From the NCBI GenBank assembly GCA_900553015.1, contig USBY01000008.1, positions 535 through 64,534 of the forward strand: DNA of 64,000 nucleotides, in the 5' to 3' direction. Source of the stretch: an uncultured Clostridium sp. (lineage in GTDB: Bacteria; Bacillota; Clostridia; TANB77; CAG-508). A program made the position numbers and the translations under genes. Below, in pieces: positions 9,169 to 19,324 of this stretch (position 1 is the stretch's first letter; each line of letters opens with the position of its first letter). The notes beneath the pieces were generated by a model, which was not told the DNA's origin, ran no database searches, and saw only the letters and a program-made list of their open reading frames with translations.

Positions 9169-9576
9169 TTGAGAAAATTTATGTATAAAATAGCTGATTT
9201 TTTGCAAGGTAGATATGGAATAGATGAATTATATAAGTTTTTATTTATTGTATTTTGGATTATTGCTATTTTAAGCATAGTTATACGAAATCCAATTATA
9301 TATTTATTAGAAATATTAATTTGTTTTTATATGATGTTTAGAGCACTTTCACGAAATATTTATAAAAGACAAAACGAAAATGCTAAATATATAAAAATAA
9401 GAGACAAAGTTAAAGGGAAACTAAAACTTCAAAAAAGAAAATGGAATGATAGAAAAACACATATATACAGAAAATGCCCTAATTGTAAAGCAGAAATCAG
9501 ATTACCAAAGAAAAAAGGTAAACATGTTTGTACATGTCCTTCTTGTAAAAAGGATTTTGATGTTAAATGTAGGTAA
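9169..9576 (+). CDS. membrane protein with C-terminal zinc ribbon
   Basis: TTG 9169 lies 8 nt after AGGAGG (alternative ATG 9181). Two hydrophobic helices, then CPNCK..17..CPSCK. Confidence 0.55.
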   Translation: MRKFMYKIADFLQGRYGIDELYKFLFIVFWIIAILSIVIRNPIIYLLEILICFYMMFRALSRNIYKRQNENAKYIKIRDKVKGKLKLQKRKWNDRKTHIYRKCPNCKAEIRLPKKKGKHVCTCPSCKKDFDVKCR

Positions 9577-9615
9577 AATGAATTTATAGAAAATAAAAAA
9601 GGAATGTAAAATTAA

Positions 9616-10539
9616 ATGAGCAATAAAGTATTAATAATTGTTAATCCAGTATCAGGAAAAAATAATATAAAAAAATATATATCAAGAATTAAAGAAAATT
9701 TTGAAAAATCTGATTTTCAGACCGAAATAAAATATACATCTATTGAGAATGGTGCAAGAAGTATTATAAAAGGTTCAAAAGAAGATTTTGACATGATTCT
9801 AATATGTGGAGGAGACGGAACATTAAATCAAGCTATACAAGAAGTTGAGTATGAAAATTTAAAAGTACCTATAGGATATATACCAACAGGTACTACAAAT
9901 GATTTTGCTCATAGCATAAATATTTCTTTTGATAAATTACATATATCAAAAAATATAAACAAATATTGTTCAAGAAAAATCGACTTAGGAATGATAAATG
10001 ATAGAGTATTTAATTATGTTGTAGCATTTGGATTGTTTTCTGAATCATCGTATAAAACAAGAATCAAGTTAAAACAAAAGCTTGGAAGATTTGCATATGT
10101 GCTTTATGGAATAAAAGAAATATTTAATCATAAAACATATAAATTACAGATTCAATCAGATGCAACTAGAATAGAAGATGAGTTTATTTATGGAAGTATA
10201 AGTAATTCTAAATATATTGGTGGTTTTGACTTGTTTAAAAATAAATCTATAGAATTTGATGATGGAAAGTTTGAAGCTGTTTTTGTAAAAAAACCTAAAA
10301 ATTTTATACAATTGGTAAGATTAATATTAAAGATATTACGAGGAAAGCTAGAAGATGAGTGTATATATTATATCCAAACATCAAATCTGGAAATAAAATG
10401 TAATAAACCTATAGAGCTTTCAATAGATGGCGAGTATGGTGGAGGTAAAACAGATATAAAAATACATGTAAAAAAACAAAGTATAGAATATCTTGTACCA
10501 ACATTAAATAAAAAGATTGATTTTACTTCACTTTCATAA
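9616..10539 (+). CDS. diacylglycerol kinase family lipid kinase (YegS/DagK-like)
   Basis: NPVSGK near the N-terminus and the GGDGTLNQ catalytic-domain motif; 307 aa. Confidence 0.85.
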   Translation: MSNKVLIIVNPVSGKNNIKKYISRIKENFEKSDFQTEIKYTSIENGARSIIKGSKEDFDMILICGGDGTLNQAIQEVEYENLKVPIGYIPTGTTNDFAHSINISFDKLHISKNINKYCSRKIDLGMINDRVFNYVVAFGLFSESSYKTRIKLKQKLGRFAYVLYGIKEIFNHKTYKLQIQSDATRIEDEFIYGSISNSKYIGGFDLFKNKSIEFDDGKFEAVFVKKPKNFIQLVRLILKILRGKLEDECIYYIQTSNLEIKCNKPIELSIDGEYGGGKTDIKIHVKKQSIEYLVPTLNKKIDFTSLS

Positions 10540-10605
10540 TTATTTTGATATTAATGTTGAAAAAAGATAAATTTTGTACTAAAATAATAAAGACATTAAA
10601 TGCTG

Positions 10606-10640
10606 TCTAGTCTATGTCTGCGACTAGATGGTATTTTTTT
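10606..10640 (+). terminator. rho-independent terminator after lipid kinase gene
   Basis: TCTAGTC / GACTAGA stem followed by GGTATTTTTTT. Confidence 0.6.
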
Positions 10641-10692
10641 GCGTTAAAGCAGAAAATACCGAAAACTTTTATACAAGAAAGGAGGAGGTATA

Positions 10693-11181
10693 ATGCCTAA
10701 AACTAAATTTCAGAATTTTATTTTTACATTAATGACTGTAATTTTAATGGCATATTTTATGATTGTATATAATATTGCAATAAATTCATCAGAAGGACTT
10801 GTTAATGGAACTTTTTTAATTGCATTAAAAGAATTTCCAGTAGAGTTTATAATTGTATTTATATTGGCATATTTTGTGGCGAGTCCTATTGCAAAGAAAC
10901 TAGCATTTAGAATTGTAAATCCCAAAGAAGATAACAAAATGTTTATAATTCTTTCAATACAAACTTTTACAGTTTGTGTTATGGTTTCATTAATGAGTAT
11001 TTATGCTTTATTAACACAAAATCTAATAAATAGTAATATTATATGTAATTGGATAGTTTTAGTATGTAAAAACTTTATAATGGCATTTCCTTTACAAATA
11101 TTAATTGTTGGGCCTGCTGTTAGAAATCTATTTAGATTGATATTCAAAAATCAATTAAAAACTACTAATGCCACAGTATAA
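10693..11181 (+). CDS. DUF2798-like multi-pass membrane protein
   Basis: RBS AGGAGGAGG; four hydrophobic segments; family call from general resemblance only. Confidence 0.5.
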   Translation: MPKTKFQNFIFTLMTVILMAYFMIVYNIAINSSEGLVNGTFLIALKEFPVEFIIVFILAYFVASPIAKKLAFRIVNPKEDNKMFIILSIQTFTVCVMVSLMSIYALLTQNLINSNIICNWIVLVCKNFIMAFPLQILIVGPAVRNLFRLIFKNQLKTTNATV

Positions 11182-11200
11182 AAAGAACTTTAAGATAATC

Positions 11201-12067
11201 TTAAAGTTCTTTTTGCAATTCATCCAAAAATATTTGTGAAGCTTTAGAAAATACTTGATATTTTTTCCATGCCATTACCAAATTAGACTTTAAATTAGGC
11301 TCGAGAGGTTTAAAACATAGATTTGGATTATTTACTAAATTATCTAAAGTTAATGCACTTCCAAAGCCTTCTTCTACAAAGAAAGAAGCATTATATATTA
11401 AATTATATGTCGCAACAATATTTAATTTTTCAACATTATGACCAAACCAACCTGTAAGTTCATTATTATCTAAAGCTTGTTTAGAAAAAATTAATGGAAT
11501 ATTTAAAAGGTCTTTAGGTTTTATATATTCAAGCTTTGCTAAAGGATTATCTTTTTTTGTTAAAAGTCCCCAATTATTATATACTGGTAATTTTATATGA
11601 TTGTATTTTTTAAAATCTGATGGCTCAAACAAAATTGCAAAATCAATAAGACCTTTATCTAATTTTTCTAAAACATCTTCACTATTACCACTAAAAAGAT
11701 GATAATGAATATTTGGATATTTATCTTGCAAATTTTTACATAGTTTAGCAATTAATTTTATTCCATCTGTTTCAGCAGCACCGATATAAATATCACCAAC
11801 TACAAGTTCATCATTTTTTTGTAATTCTGTTTCAGTTTTTTCAACTAATTCAATTATTTCACTAGCTCTTTTTCTAAGAAGCATGCCATCTTCTGTTAAA
11901 GTAATTCTTCGTTTACCTCTAATAAATAATTTTTTACCAAGTTCATATTCTAAATCCATAAGTTGTTTAGAAAGAGTTGGCTGAGTTATATGCAAACTTT
12001 CGGCTGCAGCAGTAATATTTTCTTCTCTTGCAACTTCTAAAAAATATCTTAATACTCTAAGTTCCAT
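11201..12067 (-). CDS. LysR family transcriptional regulator
   Basis: MELRVLRYFLEVAREENITAAAESLHITQPTLSKQL is a classic LysR HTH. ATG at 12067 follows AGGAGGA; the track ORF extends 9 codons further. Confidence 0.9.
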   Translation of the reverse strand: MELRVLRYFLEVAREENITAAAESLHITQPTLSKQLMDLEYELGKKLFIRGKRRITLTEDGMLLRKRASEIIELVEKTETELQKNDELVVGDIYIGAAETDGIKLIAKLCKNLQDKYPNIHYHLFSGNSEDVLEKLDKGLIDFAILFEPSDFKKYNHIKLPVYNNWGLLTKKDNPLAKLEYIKPKDLLNIPLIFSKQALDNNELTGWFGHNVEKLNIVATYNLIYNASFFVEEGFGSALTLDNLVNNPNLCFKPLEPNLKSNLVMAWKKYQVFSKASQIFLDELQKEL

Positions 12068-12148
12068 AAATATCCTCCTAAAAATATTGAACATAATTTC
12101 ATCGATAATATTATATCATATTACCATGCTTTTTGACTATGATAAACT

Positions 12149-12175
12149 ATTCAAAATAAGTATTGGCTATTTTGA
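12149..12175. promoter_or_regulatory. candidate LysR-type operator (inverted repeat)
   Basis: TTCAAAATA-N9-TATTTTGAA perfect 9-bp inverted repeat, between the divergent LysR gene and the 12204 cluster. Confidence 0.45.
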
Positions 12176-12203
12176 AAAAGTATATTTATAATATATCTAG
12201 AAG

Positions 12204-12443
12204 GTGATGAGATTGATTTATGATGCAAATAAAAAAGTGAGTTTAATGGAAAGTCTACATGACGCAGGCTGTAATAAAAAGCTAATAGACGAATTCCTTT
12301 CTTTATTAGAACAAAACAAATTCGAGAAAATATATGAGTTACTTAGAAAACATAGAGAATCTCTATTAAAAACAATACATAAAAATCAAAAAGAGATAGA
12401 TATTTTAGATTATTTAATAGTAGCTCTAAAAAAAGAAAATTAA
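12204..12443 (+). CDS. small helical protein of unknown function
   Basis: 79 aa ORF at the head of the LysR-divergent cluster. Start uncertain (GTG 12204, ATG 12207 or ATG 12246). LHDAGC motif. Confidence 0.5.
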   Translation: MMRLIYDANKKVSLMESLHDAGCNKKLIDEFLSLLEQNKFEKIYELLRKHRESLLKTIHKNQKEIDILDYLIVALKKEN

Positions 12444-12467
12444 TTTCTTATAAGAAAGGAGGTAATT

Positions 12468-13415
12468 ATGAAAAAAATAATACTTATTGTTATTTTAATA
12501 ATTTTAGTGATTATTGGCTGTTTAATTTACCAAAGAAAAACAGAAAGTGAGGTTGGTAATGAGATGGAATTACAAAATACAAATTATGATACAACTCCAA
12601 GAGAATTTAATTTTGAAACTAGAACTGTAACATTAAATAGTGGTTATGAAATGCCATTAAATGGAATAGGAACATATAGTTTAACAGGAGAGACTTGTTA
12701 CAATTCTATAACAAGTGCATTAAACTCTGGAGTAAGATTAATTGATACAGCATATATGTACAATAATGAAGAAGAAGTAGGAAGAGCAATTAGAGATTCA
12801 GGTATTCCAAGAGAAGAAATATTTGTTATTACAAAAATATATCCAAGTCAATTTGACAATTCAGAAGAAGCAATTGAAATGGCATTAGATAAATTAGATA
12901 TAGGATATATAGATATGATGTTATTGCACCATCCAGGAACTAATGATGTAAATGCATATAAAGCAATGGAAGAATATGTGAAGCAAGGAAAAATTCATTC
13001 AATTGGTCTTTCAAATTGGTATATTGAAGAATTAGAAGAATTTTTACCACAGGTAGAAACAACACCTGCTCTTGTTCAAAATGAGATTCATCCATATTAT
13101 CAAGAATTAGATGTAGTGCCATATATTCAAAGTAAAGGTATTGTAGTTCAAGGTTGGTATCCATTTGGTGGTAGAGGTCATACAAGTGAGCTATTAAATG
13201 ATAAGACAATTGTAGAAATAGCAAATGCTCATAATGTAACATCTGCACAAGTAATATTAAGATGGAACTTGCAAAGAGGAGTGTTAGTAATTCCAGGTTC
13301 AAGTAATCCAGAACATATTAAAGAAAATACTGATATTTATGATTTTGAATTAACTGATGAAGAAATGCAAAAAATAGAAGAACTTAACCGTGATGAAAAA
13401 CATGATTGGTATTAA
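12468..13415 (+). CDS. aldo/keto reductase with N-terminal membrane anchor
   Basis: MKKIILIVILIILVIIGCLIY anchor, then AKR motifs (GIGTY, IDTAYMY, LHHP, IPGSSNPEHIKEN). Confidence 0.85.
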   Translation: MKKIILIVILIILVIIGCLIYQRKTESEVGNEMELQNTNYDTTPREFNFETRTVTLNSGYEMPLNGIGTYSLTGETCYNSITSALNSGVRLIDTAYMYNNEEEVGRAIRDSGIPREEIFVITKIYPSQFDNSEEAIEMALDKLDIGYIDMMLLHHPGTNDVNAYKAMEEYVKQGKIHSIGLSNWYIEELEEFLPQVETTPALVQNEIHPYYQELDVVPYIQSKGIVVQGWYPFGGRGHTSELLNDKTIVEIANAHNVTSAQVILRWNLQRGVLVIPGSSNPEHIKENTDIYDFELTDEEMQKIEELNRDEKHDWY

Positions 13416-13430
13416 TAGAAAGGAGAAGAA

Positions 13431-14018
13431 ATGGCTAAAAAAATATTAATTCCCATTTTTATATTAATTATAGTAATTGTTATAATTTCATTATTTAGTA
13501 TGTCTAATAATAAGACAGCAAATGAGCTAACAAGTATGAATGATAATGTAAATGAGGAAACAAACAATGTAGAGAATGAAATAACGACTACTAATGAAAG
13601 TGTAGAGAATATTACAGAAAATACAAATATTATAAATGAGGAGATGAACACTATGAATAATGAAGAAATAAAGATAAATTTAATAGTAAATAATAAAACA
13701 TTTACTGCAACTTTAGAAAATAATCAAACAGTGCAAGAATTAATTCAAAATTTCCCTATGACATTAAATATGAGTGATTTACATTCAAATGAAAAATATA
13801 ATTATTTAAATTCAAGTTTAACTACAAATAGCAGTATTCCAAGAATGATAAATGCAGGTGATATTAAATTATATGGAAATAATTGTTTAGTTGTATTTTA
13901 CGATGATTTTAGAAATTCATACAGTTATACAAATTTAGGAAAAGTAGATAATGTGGATGACTTTGTTACTGAGCTTGGAAGTGGAAGTGTAAATATTAGA
14001 TTTGAGCTAGCAGAATAA
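13431..14018 (+). CDS. cyclophilin-like fold protein with membrane anchor and N/T/E-rich linker
   Basis: Anchor ILIPIFILIIVIVIISLF; C-terminal FTATLENNQT..NEKYNYL..GDIKLYGNNCLVVFY typical of the cyclophilin-like family. Paralog at 34466. Confidence 0.75.
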   Translation: MAKKILIPIFILIIVIVIISLFSMSNNKTANELTSMNDNVNEETNNVENEITTTNESVENITENTNIINEEMNTMNNEEIKINLIVNNKTFTATLENNQTVQELIQNFPMTLNMSDLHSNEKYNYLNSSLTTNSSIPRMINAGDIKLYGNNCLVVFYDDFRNSYSYTNLGKVDNVDDFVTELGSGSVNIRFELAE

Positions 14019-14050
14019 AAATAATAATTTACATGAAGGGAAGAGATAAA

Positions 14051-14908
14051 ATGGAAATTAAAAATACAATAGAAAATCAAACTTTTGATGAAGAAAGAGC
14101 ATTATATAATTTAAAAGATACAGAAGTTAGAAATTGTACTTTTGCAGGTCCACAAGATGGTGAATCTGTACTAAAAGAAACAAGAAATGTAAGAGTTATT
14201 GATAGTAAATTTTCTTTAAGATATCCTTTATGGCATGCTAAAACATATGAATTAATACATTCTACTTTTGATGATAAAACAAGAGCTCCAATATGGTATT
14301 CTGATAATGGTCTAATCGATAATTGTGATTTAGAAGGAATAAAATTATTAAGAGAATGTAATGATACAGTAATTAAGAATTCAAATATTGTTTCACCAGA
14401 ATTTGGTTGGAAATGTAATAATGTAACTATGGAAAATACAAAAATCACATCAGAATATATCTTTTTAGATAGCACAAATGTTAAATTAAAAAATGTAGAA
14501 TTCCAAGGAAAATATTCATTTCAATATATGGAGAATTTAGAGATAGAAAATTGCAAACTAGATACAAAGGATGCTTTTTGGCATAGTAAAAATGTAACTG
14601 TTAGAGATTCAGTTGTAAAAGGAGAATATCTTGCGTGGTTCTCAGATGGTTTAACTCTTATAAATTGTAAAATTATAGGAACACAACCACTTTGTTACTG
14701 CAAAAATTTAAAATTAATTAATTGTACAATGGAAGATACAGATTTAGCATTTGAATATTCAGAAGTCGATGCAGATATTAAAGGAAATGTAATGTCAATT
14801 AAAAATCCAAAATCAGGCACAATTACAGTTGACTCTGTTGGCGAAATAATAAATGAAGATTCTATAATGGAAGTTAACGGAAAAGTAATAATTAGAAAAA
14901 AAGTTTAA
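14051..14908 (+). CDS. DUF3737 family protein
   Basis: ATG 14051 after [43 protein letters not shown] matches the DUF3737 N-terminus as I recall it. Confidence 0.75.
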   Translation: MEIKNTIENQTFDEERALYNLKDTEVRNCTFAGPQDGESVLKETRNVRVIDSKFSLRYPLWHAKTYELIHSTFDDKTRAPIWYSDNGLIDNCDLEGIKLLRECNDTVIKNSNIVSPEFGWKCNNVTMENTKITSEYIFLDSTNVKLKNVEFQGKYSFQYMENLEIENCKLDTKDAFWHSKNVTVRDSVVKGEYLAWFSDGLTLINCKIIGTQPLCYCKNLKLINCTMEDTDLAFEYSEVDADIKGNVMSIKNPKSGTITVDSVGEIINEDSIMEVNGKVIIRKKV

Positions 14909-14922
14909 ATATAGGAGGTATT

Positions 14923-15498
14923 ATGGAAGTACAAGAATTTTTGGACAAAATGAATAGTGGCGAAACTGTAAAAGCCAATTCACCTACACATATTAAAATG
15001 TGTTCACTTTCACAAGATGCAATGAAATTAACTTCAGAATTAAATAGTACATATCATACACCAGAAGAAATTAGAGGAATTATGACAGAACTTACAGGTA
15101 AAACAGTAGATGAAACATTTTCTCTATTTCCACCATTTTATACTGATTGTGGTAAAAACTTATCAATTGGTAAAAATGTATTTATAAATAGTGGTTGTAA
15201 ATTTCAAGATCAAGGAGGAATTACAATAGGAGATGGGACTCTTATAGGTCATAATGTTGTTTTAGCTACATTAAATCATAACTCTGATGTTAACAATCGT
15301 GGAGACCTTATGCCAGAACCAATTCATATTGGTAAGAATGTTTGGATAGGCGCGAATGCAACTATTCTTCCTGGAGTTAGCATAGGAGATGGAGCTATAA
15401 TTGCAGCTGGAGCGGTTGTTTCTAAAGATGTTCCTGAAAATTCAGTTGTTGGCGGAGTTCCAGCAAGGAAAATAAAATCTATTAATATAAATATTTAA
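14923..15498 (+). CDS. sugar O-acetyltransferase (maltose/galactoside acetyltransferase-like, hexapeptide repeat)
   Basis: Hexapeptide repeats ([31 protein letters not shown]), typical length 191 aa. Confidence 0.85.
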   Translation: MEVQEFLDKMNSGETVKANSPTHIKMCSLSQDAMKLTSELNSTYHTPEEIRGIMTELTGKTVDETFSLFPPFYTDCGKNLSIGKNVFINSGCKFQDQGGITIGDGTLIGHNVVLATLNHNSDVNNRGDLMPEPIHIGKNVWIGANATILPGVSIGDGAIIAAGAVVSKDVPENSVVGGVPARKIKSININI

Positions 15499-15516
15499 AA
15501 GAAAGGATGATAAAAA

Positions 15517-16506
15517 ATGAAAGAAAAATTAAATTTAGTTCAAGAATGGGATAAAACATTCCCAAAAAGTGAAATGGTAAATCATAGAAAGGTAACATTT
15601 CATAATCGTTATGGAATAACACTAGTAGCAGATTTATATGAGCCAAAAGAGGCTAAAGAAAAATTACCAGCTATAGCTGTATGTGGACCTTTTGGAGCAG
15701 TAAAAGAGCAAGCATCTGGATTATATGCGCAAGAAATGGCAGAAAGAGGATTCTTGACGATTGCATTTGATCCTTCATATACCGGAGAAAGTACAGGAAC
15801 ACCAAGATATGTTGCATCACCAGATATTAATACAGAAGATTTTCAGGCTGCAGTTGACTTTTTGTCTGTACAAGATAATGTTGATCCAGAAAGAATTGGA
15901 ATTATAGGAATTTGTGGCTGGGGAGGATTAGCATTAAACACTGCAGCATTAGATACAAGAATAAAAGCTACTGTTGCTTCAACAATGTATGATATGAGTA
16001 GAATTAATGCAAATGGATATTTTGATGCACAAGATAGCGAAGAAGAAAGATATAATACTAGAGTAACACTAAATAATCAAAGAATAGAAGATTATAAAAA
16101 AGGAACATATAAAAGAGCAGGTGGAGTAGTAGATCCATTACCAGAAGATGCACCATTCTTTGTAAAAGATTATTATGATTACTATAAAACAAAACGTGGA
16201 TATCATAAAAGATCTTTAAATTCAAATGATGGTTGGAATGTAACTGGAACAATGTCATTTATGAATATGCCTATTTTAAAATATACTAATGAAATAAGAA
16301 ATGCAGTTTTAATAATTCATGGTGAAAAAGCACATTCATGTTATATGAGCAAAGATGCATATAAAAATATGACAGAAAACAGTAAATATACAGACAATAA
16401 AGAATTAATGATTATTCCAAATGCTGTTCATACAGATTTATATGATAGAAAAGATATAATTCCATTTGATAAAATAGAAGAATTCTTTAAAACATATTTA
16501 AAATAA
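15517..16506 (+). CDS. alpha/beta hydrolase
   Basis: Nucleophile elbow GICGWGG; C-terminal HG..AHS and VHTDLYD. Confidence 0.75.
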   Translation: MKEKLNLVQEWDKTFPKSEMVNHRKVTFHNRYGITLVADLYEPKEAKEKLPAIAVCGPFGAVKEQASGLYAQEMAERGFLTIAFDPSYTGESTGTPRYVASPDINTEDFQAAVDFLSVQDNVDPERIGIIGICGWGGLALNTAALDTRIKATVASTMYDMSRINANGYFDAQDSEEERYNTRVTLNNQRIEDYKKGTYKRAGGVVDPLPEDAPFFVKDYYDYYKTKRGYHKRSLNSNDGWNVTGTMSFMNMPILKYTNEIRNAVLIIHGEKAHSCYMSKDAYKNMTENSKYTDNKELMIIPNAVHTDLYDRKDIIPFDKIEEFFKTYLK

Positions 16507-16520
16507 GCTACTGTATTAAA

Positions 16521-16555
16521 AAAGGCAAATAATTAGTTGATAGTTATTTGCCTTT
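16521..16555 (+). terminator. hairpin after hydrolase gene (weak T-run)
   Basis: Perfect 12-bp stem AAAGGCAAATAA / TTATTTGCCTTT. Confidence 0.45.
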
Positions 16556-16586
16556 AATATTATGATAAAACAAAAGGAGAAAGATT

Positions 16587-17681
16587 ATGGAATATCGTGT
16601 TAATAAAAGAACTAATGATAGAATAAGTGTTATAGGTATAGGTTCAAGTTCTATATCAAATGCAAATAAAGAAGAGGCAATTCAAACGTTAAAATACGCA
16701 TTTGAAAATGGAGTAAATTATTTTGATTTAGCAGCAGGAGATGCTAAATGTTTTCCATATTACGGAGAAGCATTTGAAAAAGTAAGAGACAAAGTAATAT
16801 ACCAAATTCATTTTGGAGCAAATTATGAAACAGGTACATATGGTTGGACAACAAATTTAGATACTGTAAAAAAATCAATTGAGTGGCAATTAAAGGAGCT
16901 TAAAACAGATTATATTGATTATGGCTTTATACATTGTTTAGATGAAGAGAGTGACTGGAAAGCTTATCAAAAAAATGGAATATTAGATTACATATTAGAA
17001 TTAAAACAAAAAGGAATTGTAAAACATATAGGAGTTTCATCACATACACCAGAATTAATTAACGAGATTTTAGATACACAATTAATTGATATGGTAATGT
17101 TTAGTATTAATCCCGGCTATGATTATCATCACGGTGATTATGCTAACGGGTCAGCAGATGAAAGAATGAATTTATATAAAAGATGTGAAGCAGAAGGCGT
17201 AGGAATTTCTGTTATGAAACCTTTTTCTGGTGGGCAATTATTAGATGAAAAAACATCTCCATTTGGCAGAAAATTAACTAAAATACAATGTATGCAATAT
17301 GCTTTAGATAGACCAGGAGTATTAACAGTACTTCCAGGAATTAGAGGTATGGATGATTTAAAAGAAATACTAAAATATACTGAAGCAACTCCAGAAGAAA
17401 AAGATTATTCTATTATTGGAGAATTTGCGCCAGTAGATGTAACAGGTAAATGTGTTTATTGTAACCATTGTATGCCATGCCCAATGAAATTAGATATTGG
17501 ATTAATTAATAAGTATTATGATTTATCTTTAGCTGGTGATAAATTAGCAAAAGATCATTATTTGAATTTAGAAAAAACAGCCCAAGACTGCATAAGTTGC
17601 GGTCATTGTAACAATAGATGTCCATTTAAAGTTGACCAAATGAATAGGATGAAAGTGATAAAAGAGTACTTTGGAAAGTAA
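16587..17681 (+). CDS. aldo/keto reductase with C-terminal 4Fe-4S cluster domain
   Basis: AKR N-terminal part plus CVYCNHCMPCP and CISCGHCNNRCP ferredoxin-type motifs. Confidence 0.85.
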   Translation: MEYRVNKRTNDRISVIGIGSSSISNANKEEAIQTLKYAFENGVNYFDLAAGDAKCFPYYGEAFEKVRDKVIYQIHFGANYETGTYGWTTNLDTVKKSIEWQLKELKTDYIDYGFIHCLDEESDWKAYQKNGILDYILELKQKGIVKHIGVSSHTPELINEILDTQLIDMVMFSINPGYDYHHGDYANGSADERMNLYKRCEAEGVGISVMKPFSGGQLLDEKTSPFGRKLTKIQCMQYALDRPGVLTVLPGIRGMDDLKEILKYTEATPEEKDYSIIGEFAPVDVTGKCVYCNHCMPCPMKLDIGLINKYYDLSLAGDKLAKDHYLNLEKTAQDCISCGHCNNRCPFKVDQMNRMKVIKEYFGK

Positions 17682-17706
17682 AAGTCCTTTGAAAAATGTG
17701 AACAAA

Positions 17707-17739
17707 ATCACAAAAGTCAAAGGACTTTTGTGATTTTTT
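17707..17739 (+). terminator. rho-independent terminator ending the LysR-linked cluster
   Basis: Perfect 12-bp stem ATCACAAAAGTC / GACTTTTGTGAT, AAAG loop, T6. Confidence 0.85.
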
Positions 17740-17813
17740 GCTTAATGTATAATAAAGAGATAGTAGATATATATAGAATAAATTAGAAGAATAAAAAAAT
17801 TATTTAAAATATG

Positions 17814-17842
17814 TTGAAATTCTGATAAAAGGATAATATAAT
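17814..17842 (+). promoter_or_regulatory. sigma-A type promoter for gene 17876
   Basis: TTGAAA, 17 nt, TATAAT. Confidence 0.6.
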
Positions 17843-17875
17843 TAATAATACATGATTTAAAAGGAGAAAAATCAA

Positions 17876-19319
17876 ATGGATAATGAAAAAGCACCAAAAA
17901 GGAAAACGATATCTTTTAATGGAGTAGCACCATATAGTATAACGCCAATAACATTAGATGATGAAAAATTATATTTTTTAACAAGTGGAGAAGAGATTTG
18001 TTTACTAAATGAATATGGAAGTAAAGAAAAAAAAAATTTTAAATATTAGAGTACCTTTAACAGTTAGAGCTGGTGGTCCAACAACATTTCCATGTAGCAA
18101 ATTTTTAGTAGATGATGATAATATATACTTTTTTGCACGTTATGAGAATTTGGATAATATATTATTTTCATCTCCTGAAAAAGATCCATATAAAATTGAA
18201 AATAAATTATATATATATGATGCTAAAACATTAGAGCAAAAACAAGCTATTGATATGGGTAATAGAAATGTTTTTGAAGCATATTTATATAAAGGATATA
18301 TATTAGCTTTAGACTCAACAAATGGACGAATAGAAATTTTAGACAAGTCAGGTAAAAGTATAGATAGTATTGATTGTGAAGATTTGGAAGGATATTTAAT
18401 AGATAATCCTGATTTAAAAGATTTAAATCTTAAAAAGTTATTTTTTTCTGGTGCAAATTTTTCATTTGATATAGATAAATTTAAAGAAATATATGGGGAA
18501 GAATTACTTGAAAATTCTAAAATAAGGGATTCAGTATATGATATTAATACAAATACATCATATTTAGCTGGTGATAAAAATATTATTTTTGTTGAAAAAG
18601 ATGGCGACATACAAGGTATATTATATTTTAAAAATAAAATAATTACTGGAATAGATATTGATTCAAAAACAAATTCTTTGTTGGTTAGGCAAGAAAAAGA
18701 TTCTTGGAAAGCTCCAAGAAATGTTGGAGAACAATATAGAGAATATTTTGAATTAATACCTTTAGAAATTATAGAACAAGAAATGAAGAAATCAATGGAT
18801 TATTTAAGAACAATGCAAATTGCAAAAAGAGCTTTATCAATTAGCAAAGGCGATTTTAGTAAAATGGCTTATTTATTAGATAAATCTACAGAGATGGGAG
18901 ATAGTGTATATAAGTTTTTTGATAAAGAAGAACATAAAACTGAAATAGATTCTAATAATGATAATTTAGAAATTGGCAAAAAAATAGTTGAATTAAGTAA
19001 TGGAAACTTTGAAGTATTATCATTTCTGGTAAATGGAGCAAAAAATGATGAACAATTTTTTGTAGAGGCATTAAATGAAGCATTTAATTTAAAGCATTCA
19101 CCATCTGCAAGATTAGATACTGAAAAAATTCCTGAGTATATAAAAAAATATTGTGAATGTGAACAAGCAAGGTTAAAAATGAATGAAACCAAGGATAAAT
19201 ATGATGGACAAATTATGATAATTATGAAGAAAGCAGTAAAACGTTCAATTAATAGATATATGCAATTATCAGAGGAATTACATAATATACCTGAAGATAG
19301 TTTTTGGACAGGTAGGTGA
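17876..19319 (+). pseudogene. uncharacterised ~480-aa protein interrupted by a +1 frameshift in an A10 run
   Basis: ATG 17876 follows AAGGAGA. That frame stops at TAG 18047-18049. Removing one A from A10 (18027-18036) joins it in frame to track ORF 18009-19319. Confidence 0.7.
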
Positions 19320-19324
19320 ATTTT

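Noticed and set aside
13500-13680. N/T/E-rich low-complexity stretches (also 31130-31200, 33840-33960, 34540-34680) as possible DNA repeats.
   Set aside because: They are compositionally biased linkers after membrane anchors with no periodic nucleotide repeat unit that I could find. They are treated as protein linkers, not repeat features.
18027-18036. Programmed -1 ribosomal frameshifting on the A AAA AAA heptamer in the A10 run.
   Set aside because: The continuation ORF lies in the +1 frame relative to the upstream frame, so a -1 shift does not join them. Only loss of one A, in DNA or in RNA by slippage, does.
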